Notes: a model not told the origin generated them from the letters alone. A stretch of 63,740 nucleotides of DNA, filler included, from Octopus bimaculoides (GCF_001194135.2; 4 parts of 4 records of this genome joined end to end with filler, not necessarily neighbours in it), one strand, 5' to 3'; positions 24,711 to 38,146 are shown, counted from the first letter of the whole stretch. Program-made: numbers and translations.

Positions 24711-25195
24711 AGGGGTGGGGGAGGGGTAGTAAAGTAGTGAGAAACCACAGTGGAAAGAAATATTTGCTAAATGTTTCTAAGAAATATTACTGAATATCTT
24801 TGAAACTTGTGGAAAAAAACACACCAAAACATTGTTTGAAATATGAAGTTTTCAAGTAGCAAGAAATACACAATAGGGGACAAAGGAAACCAACCACTGT
24901 GAAATATCTGGAAAATATTTTGTCTATAAAAACGTATTGTAAGAAAAGAAAATAATATGTCCTGCAGTCAAACTATTTCACTGTAAAATGTGTATGAAGC
25001 TGTTCATTAAGTATTCGAAACTTGTAATCTACAAACGTATGGACACGAAACAAGAAATAAAGCCTTCAATTTTGCACAAAAGAATACAAAATTGGAGAAA
25101 ATGTAATCCACACTTTAGAAATGGTGAGAAATGTGCATGTTCCCCCTGCCCCGCGTATGACTACACACACACACACACACACACGCACACACACA

Positions 25196-25295
25196 NNNNN
25201 NNNNNNNNNNNNNNNNNNNNNNNNNNNNNNNNNNNNNNNTTAATTAATTAANNNNNNNNNNNNNNNNNNNNNNNNNNNNNNNNNNNNNNNNNNNN
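25196..25295. other. artificial scaffold spacer N44-TTAATTAATTAA-N44
   Basis: Exactly 100 bp; the 12-mer has stops in all six frames; the identical construct occurs three times. Confidence 0.95.
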
Positions 25296-25326
<31 letters not shown>

Positions 25327-25329
<3 letters not shown>

Positions 25330-25484
25330 CGACGGACTTCTTTCAGTTTCCGTCTGCCAAATCCACTCACAAGGCTTTGGTCGGCTCGATGGCATAGTAG
25401 AAGACAGTTGCTTAAGGTGCCTCGCAGTTAGACTGAATCCGGAACCATGTGGTTGGGAAGCAAACTTCTTACCATACAGCCACT
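25327..25484 (-). mobile_element. SINE family B 5' half
   Basis: CCAAATCCACTCACAAGGCTTTGG ... GGAACCATGTGGTTGGGAAGC ... CATACAGCCAC. Confidence 0.88.
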
Positions 25485-26139
25485 GAGACAGAGGGGAGAG
25501 AAGGAGAGAGGAGAGATATGTATATTTATGTACATCTCTCTATGTATGTACGTATGTATATATGTATGTATCTATATATAAATGCACACATATAAATATG
25601 TATTTATGCATATATGCCTATGTGCGTGCGCCAGTGGGTACGCCTGTATGGATGTGCATATGTACGCATGTGTATGCATGTGTCTATGTATGAATATACA
25701 GTGCTTATCTTTGGCGATTGTTTCGGTATTTTTCTTCACTGATTATCGAACATTCGTGATTATACTTCATCTGTTTTTCCCCACAGACTATGTAATCGTT
25801 TATTCTATTATATTATGTATTAGACTATTACATCTATTATATTACATTATATTACATTATATTATATTATATTATATTATATTATATTATATTGTATTAT
25901 ATTGTATTATATTATATTGTATTATGTTATGATTATTTTCCAATTTGTGCATGTTTTATTTTAGACGATTCTAAGATTTAAATTGCAAAAGTAAAAAGTA
26001 AGCAGACACTTAGATGGTAATTTTTTTTGTTTGAAATTAGATATTTTAGAATCAAAAAAAGACAGGAACTTGTTACATGTGCATTGCATTTAAAAAAAAA
26101 ATCTATTATGGAACAGCTATGATGATTAACTTTTCTTAT

Positions 26140-27440
26140 ATCAAACATATTGTTTACAAACCATCTATTTTTAACGTTATTTCTTCATATAACTGCTCTC
26201 TTTTTAGCGTTATTTCTTGGTATAACATCTATAAGTAATGTTATTTCTTTCTATAACAGCGTCTGTGTTGAACGTCAGTTCTTCATGTAACCGCATCTCT
26301 TTTTAACGACATTTCTTGATGTACCAACATCTATTTTAACCTCATTACTTCATATAATGTCAGCTATTTTTACGTCATTTCTTCATATGACGTCATCTGC
26401 TTTTAACGTTATTACTTCATGTAATGTCAGCTATGTTAACGTCATTTCTTCATATGACGTCAACTGCTTTGAACGTTATTACTTCATATGAGGTCAGCTA
26501 TTTTAACGTCATTTCATCATATGACGTCAACTGCTTTGGACGTTATTACTTCATATAATTTCAGCTATTTTAACGTCATTTCTTCATATGCCGTCATCTA
26601 CTTTTAACGTTATTACTTCATGTAATGTCAGCTATGTTAACGTCATTTCTTCATATGACGTCAACTGCTTTGGACGTTATTACTTCATATAATGTCAGCT
26701 ATTTTAACGTCATTTCTTCATATGACGTCATCTGCTTTTAACGTTATTACTTCATGTAATGTCAGCTATGTTAACGTCATTTCTTCATATGACGTCAACT
26801 GCTTTTAACGTTATTACTTCATGTAATGTCAGCTATGTTAACGTCATTTCTTCATATGACGTCAACTGCTTTGGACGTTATTACTTCATATAATGTCAGC
26901 TATTTTAACGCCATTTCTTCATATGACATCATCTGCTTTGAACGTTATTACTTCATATAGTCTTTTATTTTAACAACACGTCTTCATACAAAATGTTAAA
27001 TGTTTCCTCATAAAACGTCATCATTTTTAACGTCATTTCTTCATATAACATCAACTATTTTCAACATCATTTCGTCATACACCGTTCTCTTCTCTTAACG
27101 TTATTTCTTCATATATTCTCCTCCATTTTTAGCGTTATCTCTTGATATATCGACGTCTACTTTTAACATCATCTCTTTATATAAAGACGTCTATCTGTAA
27201 CGCGATTTCTTAATATAAAACCATCTATTTTTACCAAATTTCTTCATATAACGCTATCTATTTTCAGTGTAATTTTTTCATAAAACGCTATCTGCTCTTA
27301 ATGTCAATTCTACATATAACTCCATCTATTTTTAACGTCATTTCTTCATATTATGCCATTCATTTTAACGTTATTTATTCATTTAACGCTATTTTGTTGA
27401 ATAACACCATCAATTTGTATCCTTTTTTATTCGTGAATTA
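26140..27440. repeat. minisatellite: 33/34-bp monomers, homogenised 67-bp dimer core (~26340-26960)
   Basis: TTTTAACGTTATTACTTCATGTAATGTCAGCTA + TGTTAACGTCATTTCTTCATATGACGTCAACTGC, period 67; degenerate monomers on both flanks. Confidence 0.93.
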
Positions 27441-28195
27441 GCTGTTGGTAATGTCATCTACAAGTGAAGTGATATATTTGTAACAGTCTGCTTCTAATTT
27501 GAATTAGATGCAACGTCGTCCATTCATATGTAAATTATTTGTAATGTGATCTAATTATNNNNNNNNNNTTGAATTAGATGCAACGTCGTCCATTCATATG
27601 TAAATTATTTGTAATGTGATCTAATTATAACGTCATTTGTCTGCAGTGCCATCAATTCGTTGTCGTCTCTTTGTAACGTTTCTATTTTTAACATAATATA
27701 TTCCTGACGTTATTTATTTGTTGTGGAGGTGCAATGGCCCAGTGGTTAGGGCAGCCGACTCGCAGTCATAGGATCGCGGTTTCGATTCCCAGACCGGGCA
27801 TTGTGAGTGTTTATTGAACGAAAACACCTAAAGTTCCACGAGGCTCCGGCAGGAGATGGTGGCGAACCCTGCTGTACTCTTTCACCACAACCTTCTCTCA
27901 CCCTTACTTCCTGTTTCTGTTGTGCCTGTAATTCAAAGGGTCAGCCTTGTAACATTCTGTGTCACGCTGAATATCCCCGAGAACTACGTTAAGGGTACAT
28001 GTGTCTGTGGTGTGCTCAGCCACTTGCACGTTAATTTCACGAGCAGGCTGTTCCGTTGATCGAATCAACTGGAACCCTCGACGTCGTAAGCGACGGAATG
28101 CCAACAACAACAATATTTATTTGTTACATAATGTCATATTTGTTACATAGAGAAGTCATCTATTTGCGACGCCGTTTGTTTGTAATGTTACCTGT
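27440..28195. repeat. degenerate ~17-bp array (CATCTATTTGTAACGT-like), interrupted by a SINE
   Basis: Recurrent TTTGTAAC/ACGTC/CATCTATTTG motifs on both sides of the SINE. Confidence 0.6.
27723..28113 (+). mobile_element. SINE family C, full length with 12-bp TSD
   Basis: A box TGGCCCAGTGG, B box GGTTTCGATTCCC, (CAA)n tail; TATTTATTTGTT at 27711-27722 and 28114-28125. Confidence 0.95.
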
Positions 28196-28199
28196 ACTA

Positions 28200-28239
28200 A
28201 GGAAAGATACTGACAGGAAAGGATAGAGTGAGAGACAGC

Positions 28240-28310
<71 letters not shown>

Positions 28311-28525
28311 TTAAAGTATAAACAGCGAGTGAAAGAGAGCGAGAAGGAGTTAAAGTATGTGCTATAAGTAAGAAGACAAAGAGGGAGAGAAGAGGGTAAA
28401 AGAAGAGTGATGGAGAGATGAGAGAGAGGTGAAGGTAACGAAAAGTGAATAAATAGGGAGAGATGTATGAATACTAAGAGTAAAAGAGAGATTGAGAGAG
28501 AAGGTGATAAATAGCAAGAGAAAGC

Positions 28526-28561
<36 letters not shown>

Positions 28562-29800
28562 ATCAGAGCACGTGTTATAAATAATAAGAGAATGAGCGAG
28601 AGAAGAGAGAAAGAGGAGAATGACGGAGAGATGGATGAAGGGAACGAAATGTAAATAGATTGAGAGAGATGTATAAATAGTAAGAGAAAGAAAGGTTGAG
28701 TGAGAAGTAGAGAGAAGTAAAGAGAAAGAGACAGAGAGAGAGAGAGAGAGAGTGAGCGAGAAAGAAAGAAAGAAAGAAAGAGGGAAGGAGAAAGAAAGAA
28801 AGACTGAGTGAGGAAGAAAGAAAGACTGAGTGAGGAAGAAAGAAAGAAAGAGATAGTGAAACTAAAGTTGAACTAAACAGGTGCTTAATTGGAGAGAGAA
28901 AAGAAACGATATCCCGTAAGAGAGAAGGAGAGACAGATAGAAAAGCAGAGAGGGGGAAATAGAGAGCGAAGAAGAAGTAGAGAGAGCAACAGAGTGAGAA
29001 GAAAAGAAGAGTGAGAATGAGAGAAAAAGAGGGAGAAATCAGAAAGGAACGAAACTGGTGTTTAAATTCATAGAAAAACAAAGAAATATTTTGTGAGAGA
29101 GTGGGATAGACAGATTGAAAGAAAGAGAGAGAGAGAGAGGAGGAGGAGGAGGAGGAGGAGNNNNNNNNNNNNNNNNNNNNNNNNNNNNNNNNNNNNNNNN
29201 NNNNNNNNNNNNNNNNNNNNNNNNNNNNNNNNNNNNNNNNNNNNNNNNNNNNNNNNNNNNNNNNNNNNNNNNNNNNNNNNNNNNNNNNNNNNNNNNNNNN
29301 NNNNNNNNNNNNNNNNNNNNNNNNNNNNNNNNNNNNNNNNNNNNNNNNNNNNNNNNNNNNNNNNNNNNNNNNNNNNNNNNNNNNNNNNNNNNNNNNNNNN
29401 NNNNNNNNNNNNNNNNNNNNNNNNNNNNNNNNNNNNNNNNNNNNNNNNNNNNNNNNNNNNNNNNNNNNNNNNNNNNNNNNNNNNNNNNNNNNNNNNNNNN
29501 NNNNNNNNNNNNNNNNNNNNNNNNNNNNNNNNNNNNNNNNNNNNNNNNNNNGAGAGTGAGAGAGGGTGAGTGAGAGATAGGGGGCAGGGAAAGAATAAGA
29601 GAAAGGAATAGAGATAGAGAGAGAGACAGGCAGAGTGAGAAAAGAGAGAGAGAGAGAGAGAGATGTGGTTAGTGGCGGAGAGATGTAGTTAGATAAAGCA
29701 CAGGGAGAGAGAGAGAGAGAGCGAAAGGAGAGGAAAAGGCACTATTAGAAAGGGACAGAAACAGAGAGTGAAAGAGAAATGGCGAATAAAAACGAAAGAG
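28200..29800. repeat. (GA)n / purine-rich low-complexity tract with gap
   Basis: Strongly purine-biased + strand. Confidence 0.9.
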
Positions 29801-30833
29801 AAAATACAGAAGTAGCTGGAATTAATCCATCAACCAATGACAAAAAAAAAAGAAGAATACAAACAAAAAAACGAGATAATCAAATCAATGGTATGGTTGG
29901 TAGAGCTGGATTAACAAGGCAAGTCTATTAAATCCAGATTGGAAAAACAACAACGACGAGGAGTAGGAGGAAGAGGAAGAGGAAGACGACGACGATGTCG
30001 ACAACGATAACGAAACGATGACGACGACAACAGCATCAACTATAAGAACAACAATAATAATTTCAAGAACAAACATTATAAAATCTGTATGATTAAAACA
30101 TGGCTGCTAAATGTCTCTAGAAACGAGAGTGATTTCTTTCTTCTCTCAAAAATGTCGGCTGCTGTGATTGAGGTTGTTCGTAACTGAAACACACATGTGT
30201 GTATGTCCGCGTGTATGTTTGTATGTATATCTGTATGTGTGTATGTGTGAATGTTTGACTTTACGTGTAGGTGTGTGTGTATTAAGTTAATAACTTTTAC
30301 AATAGACTCTCTACAAATTATGACCAGAGCTGTTCAACGCCATCTTTGCTATTAATTATCAATTCGTTTACTTTTTAATGTCTCTCCCACTTCATCGCTC
30401 TTTTTCCCCTCCAGTCTTTCTTTGTTTTTCTTTCTCCTTCTTTCTCAATTCTTGTCTTACATATATTACAATAAAAAGAAAGCTTCGTTCTTTTCTTATT
30501 TTTTTTCTCCCAGTACTTTACGCTTTCTTGTAACTAAATAGTCATTTCCGCAATATCAACCTCATTCTCCCTCTGTCTCTCGCCTTACACACATTACGTC
30601 TTTTATACACATGCATACATACATACATGAACACACACACATATAGTTGTATGTATGTATGCATGTATAAATGTATATATGGATGTATATACGAATATAT
30701 ATATATATATATATACGAATGGGTGAACGACCGATGAAATGTGGCATTTAACACGTAGTTGGTGTTGCACGTATTCAATAACTTTTTGATTCAAACTCAC
30801 ATTACTTAACGCTTCGTGGGTGCAAGACGCGTG

Positions 30834-30867
<34 letters not shown>

Positions 30868-31086
30868 TAACGTATTCATTTTATTTGAATACGTTAGACC
30901 AGGCGTTCTAAACAGGTACCTTACAGAGCAATAATGATACCCCGTGGGTCCTTAATACATCACAAGGGGCCTCTAGGAATGCCATGTTCTTTTAAACATA
31001 TAATCTAAGACTTAAGAAAATCATTGCAAATGTCTGAGTGTCTTAAAAACTAGGTTACTCATAATTTTTATTATACCGTCTGTTTG

Positions 31087-31695
31087 TGAGGCGGTGATCT
31101 AACGGGCAGAATCGCTAGTACGCCGGACAAAATGCTTAGCGGCATTTCGTTTGTCTTTACATTCTGAGTCCAAATTCCGTCGAGGTCGACTTTGCTTTCA
31201 TTCTTTAGGGGTCGATGAAATAAGAATCAGTTGAGGACTGGGGTCGATGCAATAGATAATACTTTGCTGAGGAGAGAGGAAAGTAGATAAAGAGATTGAT
31301 AGAGAGAGATAAATAGATAGGCAGATAGATAGATAGGCAGATAAAGGAAGAGAAAGAGAGAGATAGAGATAGAGATGGAGAGAGAGAGAGAGAGAAAGAG
31401 AAGGAGAAGGAAAGGCACTATTAGAAAGGGACAGGAACAGAGAGTGAATGGGAAAGAAATGGCGAATAAAAACGAAAGAGAAAATACGGAAGTAGCTGGA
31501 ATTATGCAGCCAATGACAAAAAAAAAACAACAAAAAAACATTAAACCCTCTACGGCTGTGCTCCAGCATGGCTGAGGTCAAATGACTGAAACAAGTAAAA
31601 GAATGAAAGAATAGAATGTACACACGTCCTCCTTGACGACATTAAACTCACAGCAAAGTTTCAGGCCTTGTGCTTATAGTAGAAAGGATTATATT
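31087..31695 (+). mobile_element. SINE family A split by a ~380-bp composite insert
   Basis: Head and body at 31087-31255; tail TTTCAGGCCTTGTGCTTATAGTAGAAAGG at ~31655-31690. Confidence 0.75.
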
Positions 31696-31839
31696 GTGTG
31701 TTTGTAATATTAAATATGTGATTAATAAACAAATTAAGGAATAATTTTATATATTCTTTTATATTTTAACGTTAAAATAGATTTGAAAATATTATATGAA
31801 GTGCATTTTTAAGTTTTCATTTTAGATTTCTTCTCGTAC

Positions 31840-32570
31840 GTTGCAGATAGTCAATGCCAGAATTAGATGACGATGCAAATAGACGACGCCAAAAATAGGA
31901 TAGGTTTTGCGGTTAGGTGCCACAAATGACGGAAACAAATAGATGACGTTACAAATAGATGGCGTCACAATTAGCGTCACAATTAGATAACGTTACAGAT
32001 AAAGGACGTAGGAAATAATTAACGTGATACATCCAGGAAGTCACAAATAATGTTGCTGTTAGATGTCCCCAACAGGTGACGTAACAAATCGATGATCTTG
32101 CAAAAATATGACGTCACATACGTGATGTTACAAATTAATAATTTGAGAAATACATGACGTTACAAATCGACGACTAAAAATACTTGACGTTACAAGTAGA
32201 TGACGTTAGTGAAACAGTGTCACACACAGAGGACGTTACAATTAGATAACCTTGCAAATACGTTTCGTTACAAATACATGACGTCACAAATAGATAATAT
32301 TACAAATAAATGACTTTACAAACAGATGACGTTACAACTACAAGACGTTGCAAATAGAGGGCATTACACTTAGATGATATCACAAATAAGTGACGTTAGA
32401 AAAGGATTTCTTTAAAAACACGTGCCATTATAAATATGTGATTTTAAAAGCAGTTAACGTTTGAAATATCTTTCTTTACAAATATATGGCATCACTAATT
32501 TTTGCAAATAGATTGCGTTACAAGCAGAATGAATTTTGTTTACTAATTACGACGTTATAATTAATACAAA
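31840..32570. repeat. degenerate ~17-bp array ATGACGTTACAAATAG, inverted relative to the 26-28 kb arrays
   Basis: Recurrent GACGTTACAAATAGAT / GACGTCACAAAT variants. Confidence 0.8.
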
Positions 32571-33056
32571 CGTACACGCTGGTGAATTTACAAATAGATG
32601 CCGGAGATCGTGTCAGAAATGTTTATACAAAATTTAAAAATCACCTTAAATATGAACTCCTCGGCGTCAGTCCCTTACAGAACACCAAGCTCATACCATC
32701 GAATCAGAGTGTGACAAAAGAGAAACAAAACAATACAAAGCAAAACCTATATATCTTGACCAAGTCAAAATGACAGAGAATCAATACAAGTCTGTTTTCT
32801 ACTGCCATTTCTTGCAGATCTACTGACGTCAATGTATCCCGGTTGTTATATATCGTGGGTGGACCGTTAGCTATCATATGCAGAAGAAAATACTGACGGT
32901 AAATGCCAAATATCAGCGATAATATAAATGTATCAGATTTACAAAGACGCCATTTTTGGCGATCTCTATCAGTTTGAATCGATCTGCTGATTAGAAGCAT
33001 AGCTATGACATGCACATACATACACACATACATACAGATATTTATACATATATATG

Positions 33057-33126
<70 letters not shown>

Positions 33127-34850
33127 CATCTCGAATCGTGTCGGATCGTGCGTTGTATATTTGTATGCATGCATGTATGAATGTATGCATGAGTGCATGT
33201 ACGTGTATGGATGGATGTCTGAATGCATGTATATATAAATGGTTATATTTAATATATACTATCTGATATGATATATAATATAGTACATATGTATGTATAT
33301 ATATGTATATATATATATANNNNNNNNNNNNNNNNNNNNNNNNNNNNNNNNNNNNNNNNNNNNNNNNNNNNNNNNNNNNNNNNNNNNNNNNNNNNNNNNN
33401 NNNNNNNNNNNNNNNNNNNNNNNNNNNNNNNNNNNNNNNNNNNNNNNNNNNNNNNNNNNNNNNNNNNNNNNNNNNNNNNNNNNNNNNNNNNNNNNNNNNN
33501 NNNNNNNNNNNNNNNNNNNNNNNNNNNNNNNNNNNNNNNNNNNNNNNNNNNNNNNNNNNNNNNNNNNNNNNNNNNNNNNNNNNNNNNNNNNNNNNNNNNN
33601 NNNNNNNNNNNNNNNNNNNNNNNNNNNNNNNNNNNNNNNNNNNNNNNNNNNNNNNNNNNNNNNNNNNNNNNNNNNNNNNNNNNNNNNNNNNNNNNNNNNN
33701 NNNNNNNNNNNNNNNNNNNNNNNNNNNNNNNNNNNNNNNNNNNNNNNNNNNNNNNNNNNNNNNNNNNNNNNNNNNNNNNNNNNNNNNNNNNNNNAAAAAA
33801 AAACACATACGAGGAAGAATTATAAAGAAAAAAAAAACCAACAAAAAATTAGAATATAATGAAACATGAAGAAAGAATAATGACAATAATAACATCCACT
33901 CCAAAAACCAAAAAAAAAAAAAATGAAAAAAAAAATTAGGAATGAAAAAGCTACAAATAAAACAATTCTTGCAAACATGACAAAAGTAAACAAAGCAGAG
34001 AACGACACCCAGACTACCACCTTGGTTACCTGCCATATTATTATAAACTGTTGTTTACCGGATATCGATGTGGAGAGGGAAAAAAGGAATAGAAAAATAA
34101 TACAAGCAGTACCCAACAAATATTCAAACTAAATCACAAACGAAAAAGTTGTAAATATCAAGACAAAGAAAAGAAATATTAAAAAAAATAAACAGCAAAA
34201 CAAAACACTACAATGACAACGATAATAACAAACCATACAAGACAAGAAAAAAGAAAGGAAAAAGGAAAGAAGTAAAGGAAATCTGTGAACGTGTGTGTGT
34301 GTGTGTGTGTGTGTTTGTGTGTGGATCATGAATGGATGATGGAATATGAAATATTTAGTAAATTATCAAAGAATCAGGCCAGAATTTCCCTTTGAAATGA
34401 ATGGAATCAAAGATAATAAATGAATGTTGATATAGAGTGATTCCACACCAAAGTGAATAATGGTACGGTTTTAGACGTTCTGCTGTAGAAGCCAATCATA
34501 TATGGTAACACTGTAACGTCATGTGATCCGCTCAATCACACACACATACACAAACACATGCATACATACACACACATATACATACATACACATACGCGCA
34601 TAGGAACACACAAATACAGGCACGAACACATTTATATACAAACGCACACAATTCACATATATATGTGTGTGTGCGTGAGAGAGCNNNNNNNNNNATATAT
34701 ATGCGTATATAATATGTATCTTTCATATGTTCGTGTAAATGTTTGTGTGTATTTTCATGATTATGAGTGTGTCTGTAAGTATATTATATAACTGTTAGCA
34801 TACAGTTATGTACTCGAATATGTGTGTGTATGTATATATATGTATATGCA

Positions 34851-34901
<51 letters not shown>

Positions 34902-35035
34902 ATACGCATATATATTATATATAAATGCATATATATACATATATAAATGTATATATATGTATATATGTATATATACACACACACAGGTAGATTGTATGCG
35001 CACGTGCGCATGTGTGTGTATATGTGTGTGTTTGA

Positions 35036-35072
<37 letters not shown>

Positions 35073-35229
35073 CGTGTGTAGATGCGATATGAAATTATCC
35101 GTGACATCAACAAGTAAAGATAGAATATTTGTCGTTTCTAAACAGCCAAGATTAAAAGGAATAATTTCTATTTATTTGCAACTATTCCAACCGTTGACGC
35201 CAACGACCACAACAGTTTCATGGCAACTA

Positions 35230-35237
35230 ATACCATC

Positions 35238-35268
<31 letters not shown>

Positions 35269-35456
35269 CCACCANNNNNNNNNNNNNNNNNNNNNNNNNN
35301 NNNNNNNNNNNNNNNNNNNNNNNNNNNNNNNNNNNNNNNNNNNNAGAACCAACGCCAGCACCACCACCGCCGAAGCAGTAGCCACCACCGCCACCACAGC
35401 AATCAGCAAAACAATCACTACCACCATTACTACCACCACGGCCACCGCTGTCACCT

Positions 35457-35499
<43 letters not shown>

Positions 35500-35626
35500 A
35501 GCCTCCATCGTCGCCGCCGCTGTAATCACCACCACCATCACCACCACCATCACCACCTGTACTAATACTATATTATGATCACTAAATCTGCCACTACTAC
35601 CACCGCTGCCATTATTACAACTAGCT

Positions 35627-35709
<83 letters not shown>

Positions 35710-35792
35710 ACAAACATATTACCACTTTAACATCGCCATCACCACTACTACCATAACCAAAACCAAAGCCACCACCACCACCACCACCTCCA

Positions 35793-35832
<40 letters not shown>

Positions 35833-35930
35833 AAATATTACCACTTTAACATCACCACCGTCACCACCATCACCACCGCCACCACCACCTCACAACTACT
35901 GTTGCTGCTGCTGCTATTACTACTACTATA
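35230..35930. repeat. compound trinucleotide tract (CCA)n/(CTA)n/(CTG)n
   Basis: Direct reading; includes a short duplicated ATATTACCACTTTAACATC. Confidence 0.9.
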
Positions 35931-36214
35931 TAATTTCATTAGCATGTATGGACATTGCGCATAGATACTGAAATAGCATGAGTTTGCTATGTCTGTTTCT
36001 GTGGTGGATATTGATCGATTAGTTTTCGATAAAGGGTTTTCTATGTTGGGATTGATTCCTCACCAACCTTTAGCTGCCATTTTGATATGTATTTTCTTTT
36101 TTAACGTTTTAAGACAAAATGACGAATTCATTTCGTAAAAAGCGAACGGTTTCTGTTTTGTCATTCAGCGCAAATTCCCTTGGAATATTTTCTCTTTATA
36201 TATTTTCTTTGTCA

Positions 36215-36656
36215 TTCACTAGTTTCGGTTATTGGTCGGCGGCCATGCTGGAGCATCATCTCGAAGCAAGTCCATGTATTTTTTTTTAAAGTCGTTTACT
36301 TATTCTATCGGCTTCTTTTGCCGAACCGCAATGTTGCGGGCACATAAAAAGACCCAGTACCAGTTGTCAATCTGGACAGTGGCAACAAATACAAACTCAA
36401 ACACAAAAATAGACACACACACACACACACACACACANNNNNNNNNNNNNNNNNNNNNNNNNNNNNNNNNNNNNNNNNNNNNNNNNNNNNNNNNNNNNNN
36501 NNNNNNNNNNNNNNNNNNNNNNNNNNNNNNNNNNNNNNNNNNNNNNNNNNNNNNNNNNNNNNNNNNNNNNNNNNNNNNNNNNNNNNNNNNNNNNNNNNNN
36601 NNNNNNNNNNNNNNNNNNNNNNNNNNNNNNNNNNNNNNNNNNNNNNNNNNNNNNNN

Positions 36657-36704
<48 letters not shown>

Positions 36705-36900
36705 ACACATGCACACATACACACACATGCATATACGTATATACGACGGGATTCTTTCATTTTTTCCCTCCTTCAAACCAAATCACAAGGCTTTGGCCAG
36801 TCCAAGGCTATAGTGGAAGACACCTACCCAAAGAGCCACACAGTTCGACTGACCCAGAGCCATATGGTAAGGAAGCAAGCTTCTTACCACACAGCCACGC
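36215..36900 (-). mobile_element. SINE family B with internal (CA)n and gap
   Basis: GCGGCCATGCTGGAGCA ... TTTTGCCGAACCGC ... CTTCTTACCACACAGCCAC. Confidence 0.85.
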
Positions 36901-36914
36901 CTATATATGTATGA

Positions 36915-36960
<46 letters not shown>

Positions 36961-37179
36961 GTGTGTGTGTGTGTGTGTTTGTGTAAAGTTTAAGCTAATT
37001 AAAATGTTTGTGATATATTTCAGCTCTTAAAAGGAAAATTCACTGCAGAGTTAAGAAAATAACTGAGGTTGATATCACTCAAAGCGGTGATCCAGCATGG
37101 CCATGCTCCAGTGACCGAAACAGCTAAAGCTAAAAAGTATATGTACATATACATAGATATATATGCGTGTGCTTATACG

Positions 37180-37225
<46 letters not shown>

Positions 37226-38071
37226 CCTGTATATATCAATATGTAAATATATATGTATACATATATGTACATATATATATATACTTATATGTGTACACAC
37301 ATACACATATACACACATACACGTATACACACATATATGTATGTATATATGTATGTATGAATGTATCTATTTGTGTATATGCATATCTCCCCCCACCCTC
37401 AGTTGAAATCTGTCTTTACTAAGAGAAGAAGAACTGATGTAACATCTGCGTTTTCATTTAATGAGTCCGAAGTGTTCTTTTGTGCTAAATGTATTTGTCA
37501 TCCATAGATTGGAATTAGTGGTGTGTGAGGCTCTTCTTCACTTCAAAAAATCTCAGGTATAAGTATCGATTGATTTTTAACATCTCTATTAACATATCTT
37601 TAAATATTTTGAGCACCGTGGTTAGCTGTAGCAAAATACTTAATGAAAAATTCATTGATAGAGTAGAGACGTGTGTCAGTGCGTGTCATAAGCTATTTTG
37701 AACATCCCCATCTGCAAGTGGCGCCCATCGTTGCCACATGAAGGCAAAAGAGTATACGTCAGTACGGAGATTGAAATGCCACAGCTATGCAGCACATTTT
37801 AAAGGAGAGTGTCAATCGTTGGCATTGCTCAAAATCGAGTTGCAGCCTTCGTGTATGTATGAATGCATGCGCGAGAGCGCGTGGATGCGCCTGCATATGT
37901 TGAATTGAGTAAAACGGAGGGTTTACTCGGTAGAATGTCGAAGTTTCACGCGAAAGGCTTCGTTTAGGTTGTCTTACATTGAAGAACTTCCAGACATTTC
38001 ATAGACCTTACACAGATAGGTCAACTCAACTACACACATATATACACTACACATACCATACACACAGACAC

Positions 38072-38146
<75 letters not shown>

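Noticed and set aside
25240-25251. TTAATTAATTAA as a biological motif (PacI or homeodomain site)
   Set aside because: Centred in exactly 100-bp N spacers three times; an assembly linker.
26140-27440. CRISPR-like periodic array
   Set aside because: No unique spacers, no cas genes, eukaryotic context; it is a head-to-tail minisatellite.
27723-27800. tRNA gene
   Set aside because: A/B boxes are present but no clean cloverleaf; the sequence continues into a 390-bp repeated body with TSD, so it is a SINE head.
32818-32898. Candidate 81-nt exon (TTTCTTGCAG ... ACG|GTAAAT)
   Set aside because: Stops in all three frames; splice-like motifs are common by chance.
35345-35565. Poly-His/Tyr coding stretch
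   Set aside because: Trinucleotide microsatellite next to a gap.
37715-37735. TGGCGCCCATCGT resembling a tRNA-Lys primer-binding site
   Set aside because: No adjacent LTR (TG...CA) or gag/pol; the match is short.
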